A stretch of DNA of 64,000 nucleotides, taken from NCBI GenBank assembly GCA_036172245.1, contig JAYWIR010000017.1, positions 1,922,001 to 1,986,000 of the forward strand, given 5' to 3'. The notes beneath the pieces were generated by a model. That model saw only the letters and a list, made by a program, of their open reading frames with translations, made no database searches and had not been told where the DNA came from. Both the position numbers and the translations under genes were made by a program. Below are positions 1-12,570 of this stretch, one piece after another; positions within the stretch are counted from its first letter, which is position 1, and every line of letters begins with the position of its first letter. The DNA comes from Raillietiella orientalis. Its lineage: Eukaryota.

Positions 1-3000
1 TTCTGAGGAAAAGTCTCTTTTCGTTTGTTTGGCCAGAAAGTTGTCGTCTGGCCACGATCTCGGCAAAGTGTCTCTTGACAGCAGCAAGGGTCTGACCCTC
101 GTCATCTTTTCTGCACGTTAGTCGATCTTGGAATTATTAGAGAATCGATGTGTATTGGGATGAGCTGGAATGGGAGAGGGTCAGAAAGAAAAGCAGCACT
201 ATTAGTCGAATCCGTGAATACCGAGACTTTCAGATTCACCAAACGCTGGTGCTTTTTAACAAAATTAATCCTTGTTTCCTTTCGGTTTTGCAGAGTTCAT
301 GCGATTCACTGAATTATTTCTTACGCAAAACTATTTTTTTGAATATCGGTCGTTTTGAATACTGAGTATTATTATTATGATTTTTTCCTGCAGGAATTTT
401 TCGATCGACTCAAAGATTTTGGATTGCTTTTCTAAAAATTTAAAACAAAGAACTTTTAACTTTTAAACCTTTTCAGAATCAGAAAGAAAACTGAAGTTAA
501 ATGACACCTTTTGAACTTGTGGTAAATTATAGGTCACTGCACCTTGGTATGAATTTAGACAAAGAATCAGAACAGAAGAGCAATGTTTCCGGAGATTGTG
601 GTTCAAAGTTCTGCTTCCATAGAAGCAGAGCTTTTTTTCAGCTTCTGGATGATGCAAATAAATAAAACCATAGTGGAAACCTCTTACATCTAACAAAGAA
701 TGCTAGCAATAAAACGGAGTCGAATCCTGTCTACAATATTGATAGGTCCAATGACTGATGACTCAGCTCGATGAATGAAAGAGCCACTCTTTCAGATCAG
801 GTGGCTGTTTCTCAATTCAAAGTGAACTTGCAATTAGTTGACTTCAGAATCGTTTCATATTTTCACATTATGAATGAGCACTTGCTCCTAGTCCGTGTTG
901 AAGTGAGTGTGTCGGTAGCTTTCCTATGAGGTCATAGGTGAGGTACACGGCATTTGTTGTGGTGTCTCCTTTCTCCAGAATCCTGGAAACAGCTTTCCGG
1001 GGATCTCGTGTCAATGAAATGCAAATCAACTCAAAATCGGTGATCCAACGATGGTCATTCCCATGATGGCATTTGAAACTGTTTCCTTTTTCCTTGATGG
1101 CTTCCCTTGAGTTTCGATTCTATCCGAACTGCTACCCGTTGCGGATTGCACTCAGTCAAACCACATGAACGTATTCACAGTGCATGGCAATATTATCACA
1201 GTGTTATAAGAATGTCAAGTGCTTTCATAAAGTAATTCATGGGTTTACGATGGAAAACTAAGAACGCAACGATCGTATGAAGACATAATTATCAATGACA
1301 TGATCATAATAAAAGCTTATATTAATTGCGTGAAACGATTAAATAACTTACAGCAACATTGACATTTTCCTATAACATATGAAAATGACATGCGATACTG
1401 GACATGCTCTGTGATGATTTTTGCTGACGTAGTGATGCATTGAGATTGCCTAGAGACTGATTTAGCCACTAAATGAATCAGTTGTTTTGAATCTTTGTTT
1501 TCCTGCATTCTTTTGCTTGTTCCGTGCTGCTGGGTAGGGAACAACAGTCATTGATCACTTTCACGTCAGTGATTAGTACATTTTACTCACTCCATTGCTA
1601 TCTTAATGCCATTGCACCGGGGTTTTGCAAAATTGCCCTGACGGGGTCTTGAGAAAACGCGTTCTTTGCCAGATAAGAATGCTGCTCAAAATCAATGTAT
1701 GGAAGAGCTGGACTATTCGTTCATCCCAGCAGTCATGAAAGCGAGCACGATTTGCATCCCGTAGTATGAAATCACCCAGTCGGGGAAATCTTGCCCAGTC
1801 TGCCACATTTTTCGATTTGCCTTTTGCTAGCTTCATCACCAAACCCAGCTTGTTTTATCGCACGGCCAAACTCCAGTTCGAAGACAGGCAGTCGCTTGGA
1901 TTCATCAGTTTAAAAATAACTTTTCACCTTAACGGAAACCGTACCTCGTTTGGTGAGGCCCTTCATGCCTCCCTACTTGGCCCAACATTGATTGCCAAGT
2001 TACATTCTCATGCGAAAAAGAATTCTTCAACCTCAGATCCATGCATCCCACCACTGAGAATTTTCTAGCTGAGTGCAGACTCTGTTTCTGGTGGTGACTT
2101 CAGCAATTTGCAAACTTCTGTTGAGCTTACCGGTTCCTCTTTTGCTTCTCTCTTTCGGCTCGCTCATTGAAACTGAGTGCCTGCGATGATTGCCGTTAAT
2201 GCTGGGGAGAAAAAAGCTTCTTCAAAGTGGTTTCTCCTCATCACGACAACACTGATGATCACGTCTCCTCGCTAATATAGGGGAAGGGGACATGGGAAGA
2301 GACAGAAAGATCATAGGCGACATTTTTTTCTTAAGCGATGCTTTCCTCAAAGATGTTGATAGCGCTTTTGTCCATCAGAGCCAATAGTAGTATGTGGTTA
2401 TTTAAAATCCCATCATTTTCCGAAAACGATTTGAAGTTGATGGTCTGGAATCCTTGACGAATGCAGACAAAATGAATCTGGATACGACAGAAGGTCCTAT
2501 CCAACTACTTGAAATGATTTGCGAAACATTCCAATCAATAAACCGAAGTCAGCATCCTCATGGCTTTATGGAGTTTCACAGCTACCTACTTATATGACAC
2601 GAAATTCAGAAAGCGATCTGTTAATTGTGCATAAAATCAAAAAAAAAAAAGTCCCACTCCAGCATCGAAGTTCTTTATCATTAATCCTGACTCCTCTTTG
2701 AAATGTACGTTTTATGTCCTTTTTATTTTACGGTTTTTCCAAAAACAGCGATCGACTTTCCCAATTCTCTTCAATATCGAGAACTTTGAAGCTTCATTAA
2801 CACTTTCGAGCTTCGTCCAGATGCCATGAACTTTCAGATAGCGCGAAAGTAAGAGTTTTCTCGATGACAGCAGGCGCAGCTTCGATTCAGGATGACCGTT
2901 ACGGGTCCCGACAACACTTCGTGAGGTTCCATATTCACTCTTCTTCAGTTTGTTTCATAAATTTTCTGTTTGCAGTTGCACACTGCATCTTGCTGAAGAA

Positions 3001-6000
3001 ACTCATCTTTAATTTCATTTCTTTGTTTCATCCAACTGAGCTAGGCAGAGATCAGATTTTCGGTCCTAACTGGAAAGCAGTCCTGATCTTTTTTTCTTTT
3101 TTTTTTTTTGAGCCATGTTTGTTCCACCATTCGCTGTTGACATTAGCAAACAAAGAAAGGATATTCGATACTTCTTTTACTCCCAAAACTCAAAGTTCAC
3201 GAAAGCAGTCCTCTTTGCTGCTTAAGGCAGTGTTCTGAAGGATAGACCGATGCTGTTTCGCATAAAGCAACTTCTGAATTATATGAGATCCCAAAGGAAC
3301 TTCAAATAGTCACTGCATTCTTGGCTTTTAATGCTTTCGTTTTTTAATATCAAACCAAAGCTACCACTACCCTCAGCATCCATGCTCTTACGTGCTTTTT
3401 TGTTTTCTACGAATGGCATCAATGGAAAACGGTCGGATGATCCCTGAAAACAAGAAAACTGCTGATAAATCTTCTTCAACAGTTTCTCGATACTGAAAAA
3501 CACGGAAAAGTCTGCAACAATTTTCGAGAAAATCATGAGGAAAACAAATTTTTTTTTTTTTCACCCTTGGGATGGGCATCTGAAATACTCCAGAATTTTC
3601 TTTTTGACTAGTCTTGAGAGAATAGAATGATATTCTTCCACAGAACGATGTTCTTAGATCTTTCTTTTTTTCATTCAGCATTTTCAAGTCAACAGAAATA
3701 AAAATAAAAATCTTTATTAAAAATTTCATTAGCTCTCTTAAATTCACCGAAATTATATACAATACTTTCTTCTCTCCATCTTCGCATCCATTAAAAAATA
3801 TATTTGTTTGTGTATACATACAATCCTACATTGGAAGAAAGTCTTTTTCAGCAAGGATGTTTGCTAAAGCAATTTCACAACACGAATTTCTTCAACTGTT
3901 ATCAAATCTTAAGTAATGTTTTATTTAGAATGAAAGTGGCTTCTTTTCGTATAACCTGCGGGTAAAAACACACCGACTAGCTGCTGCTTTCTCAATTCAT
4001 CCTAAGTGAGAGCATCTGGAAGGAAAATAATTTGTTGACTTGATTTCGTACATTCCCTTCCGATCGTACTTCGGCCTAACCTCGTAGACACCTTCGACAA
4101 GCTCAAGACGCGCTTTTAGATTGCGATAGCAATTCTAACATCTTCCATTTGACATTGCCATTAGGGAAGCAAAAGCTGAGCTTGTCTGCAGTATCTTTTT
4201 TGCGGGCTTGTCTATAATGTTGAAGACCGCTGCCACACAAAGACTAACTGCCTCGGAGATCAGCTCAAGAGATCTTTAGTTGGATATTCGGAGGATTAGA
4301 AAGACGACAGTCACTAATGGGATCTTTAGACGGAATCGTACAGTGTCACGAAGAAGAGAAAACGAATTGCTTTACACTTTATAGCACTTGTGGTGGGAAT
4401 TTTTTTCCAGGATAGGAACGAAATATCCCGAGAAGCCATCTTTCTCATTCTTTTTGTATTCTTTCTATTTTCTTCTGCTTTTTTTTTCTTTTTTTTGCTC
4501 CGATGTGTGCTTTTGTTTTTCAATTTAGTATGCACTTTTTGGTTTTTCTCCAATTACAAGGTCCGTTTATTTATTTGTGTGTGCATATAGGTTTTCGTTT
4601 TTCTCGCTGCTTTTAATGCTTTCATGAAAAATCACATTCAAGGCTTGATTTTATAAGGTGATCTTGACTTCGTTACGGTATCATCACTGAATCTCCTATT
4701 TAAAAAATATTTGATTTATTGTACTTTGATATTTTTTCAACATCGAGGTGCTCATAACAGCTTGAAAATGGCCCAACAGGAGACTTGAGTGCTTCGCAGA
4801 ATGAGTTCTATAGCAAACATGTGTTCAATACTATCATCGCCTAAGTTTCAGAATGCTACCACAATAAATTCTGAAAATTGCCTTCCGTGGCACCAGTTTT
4901 CTCTTTTGTACACACTTGTATTGTGCTTTCTGGTAGGTGTATGTGGATCCTTCTTTGGGCATCAGTGCTCCATCCTTTCTTCAGAGCTTGCATGGACTTT
5001 TTTCCGCAAATTACAAAAAGACACAAAACGTGATTAACAAATGTGGGATATTTCATTATTTTGATATATCTTGAATTAGGTGAATGTCATTGCAAAGTTC
5101 CCGCGCATTCAGAAATCGAACCGTTCTTGATGAAAGGGGAGAATGTCTGCTTCGCCTTCGGTAATAGTGCTCCATGAGGAGAAACCTCAAGATGTAATTC
5201 CTTATGAATGTACCTAAAAGACAGATTTGCTTTCCACTGTTGCATAACTTTTCTTTTTATGAGTGCTTTGTGATTGTTTTCCATCTGGTCAGTTTTCCTA
5301 CAGCATCTGTCGGAAGCTTTTAAGGCTACACAGGCGACTGAACGAAGCGGAAAGACAGAGTGGTCATGAGGAAGAAACTAGTAGTTGAATTTTTTAGAGG
5401 ACAGGGTGCTAAATAATAATCCTTGGAAGGGGTACCCACTATGAGAAAAATTCAGTCTTTCCCCAGATTGTAACCCTTGGATCCTCTTTCTTAGTTTGGA
5501 TCCTAGTCTTAGTTTTCAGGTGTGGGACTGCAATGGTACTGTGAGTTCCTTGAGACTGTTTCATTCTCAGTTTTTTCAAGTCCAAGCATAATAAAAAAAA
5601 ATGTAGCAATCAGAAAAACGAATGCATCATTTGAGGGTTTGAGAACGGCTCTGTTAAATACACAGGGTCTTCAAGGAGAAACTGTTCCAGCTAAAAGGTA
5701 CATTACAACTAATATCCATAACAACTTTTCCGACATTGCTCACAAAAATCTATTTTTGTTATGAGAAACTCATTCTCAAGACAGCACGGATTCTACGTCG
5801 CTGCAAACTGCCTCCAGCTTTTGTCTAAGTGAGAACTACGAACTTGAAACGATTTTTGCCAGTTTTGTTATTTTCCCTAAATGCCACAGTTGTTGAGATC
5901 ATGTATGCCCTTTTCCCAAAGATAAATTTTCTGAATTTGGCAGTGAGCACTTTCAAACTAGAATGCCGTATATGACCTTTGGATAACATAATCGCATGTG

Positions 6001-9000
6001 TTGAAATCACTGTTTTTTTCATTTCTTATATTTTATTTCTTAGTACTAATAGAGCTACGAATAACAACAAAAGCTTGCAGTAAATCAAGGGGCTATACGC
6101 AAATCGATCCCTGGAGAAGTCTCTATAGATGCCTGTCTTGATAGACGGTACAAGCTGCATATGAAACAAGTATACTTTCAGTGTCCAGCAGGGCTTTCTA
6201 TTTTTGCATTCCGTACGGAATCGAAATCATCAATAGAAAACGGTTGGAATCACTAGCATGGAACAGTTTATGAAAGCAGTTGGCTTACATCTAATAGATC
6301 AAATAGATTCTCACAACTATCTTAAACCGAGTGGATTTGAGACCCTTGTCGAGGATTCTAGAATGCTTACTAGAGAACTGAGCGCACCATGCACCGTAAA
6401 TCTTTGAACGGTTAATTAGTTAAACAGTGATGATCAGCATCTTTTCAATCAGTGAAATCAATAAATTTCCTTTTGGAATGTTTACATGCATTGTATTTAA
6501 TTATTCTTTTAAACTAGAATTCCGTATTTGATTCCTACTAATAAAACAGTCTCCACTTGGACCATAAATTTTCCACATGACTAAACGAGAGTTTCTCTAG
6601 TTCGTTTGTAATTAAGATAAATGAACCACTTGAAGTTGTATCAATTGATCCAAACTCGAGAAAGAAAACTTTCTTGTTTGAGCGTCCATTTATATATGTT
6701 CATGTTCTGGAGTTTTCGGGAACCATGCTTTTATTTATTCTGGTGAATCCTTCGTTGAAAGAAGCGGCTTGCCATTTCGTTTTGTATGATATGGAAAAGT
6801 TGGAATTCTGGGATTGAGACTGTGAATTGCATCTTCATCATTATATTTCAATTTTCGAGAGTCTCAGTGTGAAGACATTTCAATCGATCCACTTCCTCGA
6901 AGTCGTGTGGAATCCTCGTTTTTGTTTATCCCGAAGCAGGAAGTTAAAGAAATTGATGTTCATTCCTTTATGCATATTCGCGGCTTTCCCCTTTCCCCTT
7001 CCTTTCTACAAGTAAAAGCGTTGTTTCTTCCAAAGACTCAATTTGCTAAATGCGTTCTTACTAAAGATGCAAGCTTCAAGGGATTGAGGTTTCTCATGCT
7101 GGCCTTTTTCGAGAAGCAGACATGGATTCTCATCGGCAGCATTTTCTTCCGGGTCTACCTCTCGAAATTTTTCACCCCCTTCTCTTTGTGTGTGAGCAAA
7201 ACTAATTTTCTCTTAAATAAAGTGGCCTTAAAACTCTTGTATGAAGGAATTTCGTAGGAAGGGATGATACAAGAAATTTTTTCTAGTTCTTTTAAGTGCA
7301 GCTAATAGATGCAGTCTCTCCCTTGACTAAGTCCCCATAAGATAAGATCGAAATTGAATAATAGTCGCTGGAATATAACTTAAAATTAAAATCTTATAAA
7401 ATCTCCAAACTACGCAACCCAATAATCCATTACTAAACATACTTCTCATACTAACATAACCAAATTCAACTATATGTCTGAACGAGAAGAACGAGAATTT
7501 GGATGAGCAGACACACTTTCAACTGCTGTTCACGCATGCAAAAGCCCACCAAGTTCTTGGGTGATTCGTCTCACAGAAATCAGAAGACAACTCAACAAAG
7601 GAAAAATAATTGATATTAGTGTTTGCCTCGATGATAAGCAATAATCATGTGTGTTATAATCATCAATTCCACGTCCCAACACGGAATTCACTATGCTGCC
7701 GTTTCTGAAGCTGGGACCTTTATCTATCGTAACTATAGAGCATTAGCTTTTTTTCTTCAGAAGGCTTATAGAAGTTCCTGATGGCTGTTAATAAGTGTTT
7801 ATTTTTTTAAATTTCAATTCAGTTTTCCCGATATTTGCAGGAATAGAATGATGTTGTGCCTTTAGAGCGATAGCCTTTCTCTCTTGCTATTAAGCAAGCA
7901 ATGCTTAATGCATTTCGGTACAAACGAATATCCGCTTTTCTGCCATTTCCTTCTACGGCAATATGGTCACTCTTGATGCAGCCATTACGTAAGATTGTTC
8001 CTCTCGAAAGAAGGATCTTGTTTACTGAAGAAAGGGGAAGATGATCAATGGGCTTCTCGGATAGTGAACTGCACACATCTCCGGTTTCACGATTTGGTGG
8101 CAGCATGAAGATTCTTTTGTTCAAGTCCTCTTTCCACCGAACTGAGTTAAGTATGCATATAAGTCTGATGCTAAGGTCAAATTATTCAAGTTCCTTTAGT
8201 TTCAAAGGGCATCTGCTGTCCTCTGTGGATTTTGTTTTTCGAAAAATGTACTTTCCAGAAGCTCTTTTGTTTTTGTTTTTTTCTTTCATATCTTTAACTT
8301 TTCTTCTTGTAGCACAGTGTTGGTGAAGTGAAAAATGATCGTTTGAGTAAGAAAATTCTTTTTACATTCTTAATTTTAGAAAAAAATCAGATATAAATTT
8401 TCCGTTTCCTGTCCAGGGAAATTCTACTTCAGCTGCAGCTTATCTTCGGAAGATTCGTCTCCCCAAAATCCCTGTTATCTTCGACCAAAAGTGCAGCGTA
8501 TTCCTTAGAAAATCCCAAACGATTCAAACACGGAACACCCACTTTTTTTCTTTTTTTTTTTTATCTTCTTAGGATGCTTCTGTTCAAAAATCTTTGCTAT
8601 ACCTGCTCTATTAAGATGGTTTATTTATATGTGTGTGCTGTGATTTCGAGCTTCCATCTCATATCAACATCCAATTCATTATATGCTCGGTCGCTAGGAA
8701 ACTGACTGGTACAATTCATTCAAATTATAGTCTGAGAAGCCATTTATTCTGTTAGTTGACTTGCAGTTCATTCCATTGTCTCCCCTCAATTAGGTTAGAG
8801 AGATTTCGATGCAGCTTCCATCAGGGCTGATGTGCATTTCGGGAAGGATTATAAATTAGAAGTTAAGAAGATTAAGTGCTAAAATTCCCTTGTTTACATT
8901 AATTTGATTAATCAGTGCTGAGGAGAAGAATATTTTCAAGATTAATGGAGCGTGATGAAAGTACGATTTGGTCGACTTCCTGGATACACTTATCAAAGGC

Positions 9001-11503
9001 AGCAATTCGAAGCACAGAGCATCCATCGGCATTGTTTATCTTGTCATGTCATATCTGGGAAGAAATTTGCACAGGGCGGAATGTTTCCTGCGTAAGCGTG
9101 CACTCGGTAGCTGTGGTCCAGATTAAGTTTTTTTGAAAGGCAAACATCGGTCCATCTTTTAATGCAGCACTACAATGAAACGGCAGTCGCCTATGAAATT
9201 CTTTATGTGTGCGCACGCGCTGCCGGGTTTCATCTCCGTTTATCCTACGCACTGACGGGAGAGGCCTGTGTTTAAAGAAGCTTCGGCAGGTTGATTTCAG
9301 CAGCGGATTGGTGCATACACGAAGTTTCCTATCGGATCCAGCCCGTGCTGTCTGATGCTTCCCAGCGGGAAGGATTTTAGTACCACAGCCAAGATGATCC
9401 GCTGAAAATCCGGATGTGGCTATCAATCATTCATTCGGAATGGTGGGGAGGCGGGAAAGAGAATGAGAAACCGACAGCGAAACTTCGCAAATGAGGCTCA
9501 TGCAGATGCACTGCACCGCCGAGGCAGTTCGGATTCTGCTTTCATCCAGGTTAATGCCTTAGGAAAACTGCGCCCTCGCCTGCTCTCAAGGACATCACAA
9601 TTGCAGAGGTGAGTCGTTTAAAGCCGACGCAATCATCAACCGTTACTGTGCAATCATCTCATCCACGCGAGACGAGACTTGGATGCTCTTCCTCTCGATC
9701 CACGCACGACCTCTGACGCTTTCGATCTTTCCCTGAAAAGCGTTCCAGGAGTGCTTTGCTCCAGCTTTCCCTGAAAGGCTTTCCTCAGAGCATGCCAGGA
9801 GGACGCGGTAGGGGAAGCCCACACTTTTTTCCTGGAGGCCGCTTCTGCAAAGGCGTCTCATGCGCTGTCCGCATTCCTGTTCAGGGACTCAGTTCGAGGA
9901 CTCCCAAATGGAACACCCCAGAGTGTCTCTGGAAACGGTCATTAGGCGGGGTTACGTGACACCGGGAAAGGCGCCACGAACCTGGCGCAAAAAAGGCAAA
10001 AAGTCTCGCAGTCTGTAGGCACCTGAGCATCTCGAACCAGAAGCGATGCTCGGGCAAAGCTGAATTCATCCAAGGAACGCTTCGGATTTACGCCGGTGAT
10101 CTTTCTTCCCTTCAGTGTCTGCTTTCGAAAAACACCGCTGCATCTGCGAACAGGAAAAGATCACGAACTTCCTTTTGCCAAATAGGTGAAGGAGTAGATG
10201 AAATTTATGTCAGTGAGCAATCGTGCGCTGCTGCTGCAAGAGGGATGATGGTCTGGAAATTTTCAAACTAGAATTCTGGAGTTCTGCAAGCACTCAGCGG
10301 AAGATCGGAAGATGCACCTTATTACCATGTGACTCCATACCACTAATCGTTAAAAAGGTTTATAGCTTGCCAGAGATGAATTCCATTACCGAACAAGTAC
10401 CACTTCCAGCAACCTAATCGCTGCTTTCCTTTTGACGGTTTTTCCCGATGTTATCATCGCCAAGGATCTATTGTGGGGCTCATTTTAGAATAAACAGTAT
10501 TCACAGGCAGGATTCAGCCCTCTTGTATGAACTGCTCAGATAATGAAGCGGGACTGTCGAAGATTTTCGAAATGTCTCGGGGCGAAAGACTTTTCACGAG
10601 TCGAGCGCAAAAAGTTTACTGTGCGTCCGATCAAGTCTCCTCTTGCTAGCCTTGCTCCGTCTCCGTGGACCATTCTTGCCGCATCTTGAGGTGGTAGCTG
10701 TTAGAAAAAAAAAAAAGGCAGTTTTGTGGGCCTGTGATTGAACAAATTCGGAGGCTATGAGATACAGAGTGCAAATTTTTCTGGAGAAGCAGTGGGGAAG
10801 CTATGCTTTTCCTCTCTCTTTCCTTCAAACTTCTCAAGTAGCTCGATTGCATTTTTGCATGAAAACACTTGCAAGCTAAGAAACAATAAATAACGTTCAT
10901 TTTTCCGATACATTACGCTAAAGGTATTTGAAAACACGGCCGTTGGTAAGCTGGTTTGACATATAAAGGTAATGAAAAATGGACTGACGAGAAACGCGAC
11001 CCATAACTTTTCTGAGTTATGAGCATTTAATGGTTGCGTTTTCTTGTCAATGCCGCATCTCTACATACGCTTTTGTTGCTAAGGAGTACACAAGACAATG
11101 AATTTCAAGGAATCAGCATCAGAAATGTTTACTCGACAAGCATTATCAATTCCCTAGGCTCTTTTGTCGATTTCAACGACTTTTCACTTCGACAGCCTTT
11201 TGGTTCCCATTGTGCCGACGTTTCTCTAGCGTCTTTTCCAAATTGCTGGTTTGCTTCAGATGCGTCGGTGACGTAACGAACCAAAAGGAAACAAACCTGC
11301 TCATGACTTTTCGTGAGAACACATTTTTTGAAGCACTCAGATAGCAACACGGCATTGCAGGTTGCTGATGTTACCGGTTAACCGACGTCAACTAAGCTGC
11401 GTATGAAGTTCCTTGGAGAATGCCCCTTGGCTGGAAAGTCCTCGAGTGTGTCTGATCTATCGTAACAGACTCTCTCTCTTATCGCCACTGAAGGAGAATC
11501 TTT

Positions 11504-11518
11504 GACTGCTGATTGTTT
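11504..11518. repeat. Target-site duplication (left copy) of the family B LINE, GACTGCTGATTGTTT
   Basis: The identical 15-mer occurs at 11504-11518 and 12213-12227, exactly at the element ends. Confidence 0.9.
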
Positions 11519-12212
11519 ATCACCCGGGTGCGCCGGGGCGTTTATTAAAAAACTATCCGGGAACAGAGTTCCTGGACAAAGGGAAAAACAAGAGACGAAG
11601 GGGGTGGGATCCCCGACACGCAGGTCGGTATGCCGAAAGTCCGGAACGGGAGAGAGGGGACCACAAATACACTCCTATAGAAAAATAAAAATAAAAATAT
11701 GGAGGGCAGGGGACAGGGGTCTTTGGTTCGGCCGTTCCTTCCTTTCAGAACCGGCGATGGATGCCGGCGATCTCTCTCCTCACGCTCTCCGGTAGGTGGG
11801 CCCACTCGGCAGCCGACGACATGCTCGCGCTGGCTAATCCGGTGGGCTGACGAAGGATGGCCAGCTTCTTTAACTCTCGGTGGGCCTTGTCGATGGCGCG
11901 GGTGCAACACACGGTTTTAACGACAGCACCCAAGGACAGGCAGCCTGGCGTGAAGAAGCGGCGCATCCAGTCTCTCGCGGTGTCCCCTGGTGCAGGAGAG
12001 CTGAGGCCAGCCTCCGCCACAGTCCTAGGAGGGCACTGCAGTCCAGGAGCAGGTGCGGGAGCGTTTCCGCTTCCCCGCACCGCTTACAGTTTGGGGAGAC
12101 AACTCCCCCGGAAACACGGTTCGTGCGCTGGTTGGAGTGAAAACCCCAATGCACCAGCATGATCACGTCCTGCTTCCACGAAAGGGGGAACACAGAAGTG
12201 TTCAAACAGGAG
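11519..12212 (-). mobile_element. 5'-truncated non-LTR retrotransposon, L1/Tx1-like (family B): ORF2 C-terminus with zf-RVT/CCHC knuckle plus 3' UTR
   Basis: The minus strand reads KQDVIMLVHWGFHSNQR...SPNCKRCGEAETLPHLLLDCSALLGLWRRL, a C-x2-C-x7-H-x4-C knuckle typical of L1/Tx1 ORF2 C-termini. It frameshifts into DWMRRFFTPG...EIAGIHRRF* (stop at 11745). A pyrimidine-rich 3' UTR and AATAAA (11541-11546) follow. The element is GC-rich relative to its flanks and bounded by a perfect 15-bp direct repeat. Confidence 0.88.
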
Positions 12213-12227
12213 GACTGCTGATTGTTT
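12213..12227. repeat. Target-site duplication (right copy) of the family B LINE
   Basis: GACTGCTGATTGTTT, identical to 11504-11518 and followed directly by GATAGCAT. Confidence 0.9.
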
Positions 12228-12294
12228 GATAGCATTTGATGCACACCTTACACAACAAACGCCTCCATCCCCCAAAAAAAACATCAAGAAGGTG

Positions 12295-12570
12295 TAGCGA
12301 TGCATATGCTCATTCGTATGCACACATACCATAGAGGATGCATATAAATGCACAAGCATGCACGTCATATATGTGAACGTAGATAGTCTATCATGTATAT
12401 TTATAAGGTTCATTTATTATTTAACATGATACTCGTGCGTATGTTACATATATTTTATATACATCAACACATCCATTATTCATATGTATATCTGTTATAA
12501 TTATGTGAATCATAGGCAATGGATTATTATCTAAGCATATATACTCACATAATACACATGCAGGCATATT
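12295..12570. repeat. Degenerate purine-pyrimidine alternating (TA/CA/TG-rich) low-complexity tract
   Basis: Dense tgcatatg, cacacata, catatatg and tatataca words with no exact period. Confidence 0.4.

Noticed and set aside
10984..10995. CTGACGA-GAAAC hammerhead core boxes
   Set aside because: There is no room for stem II and no convincing stems I and III.
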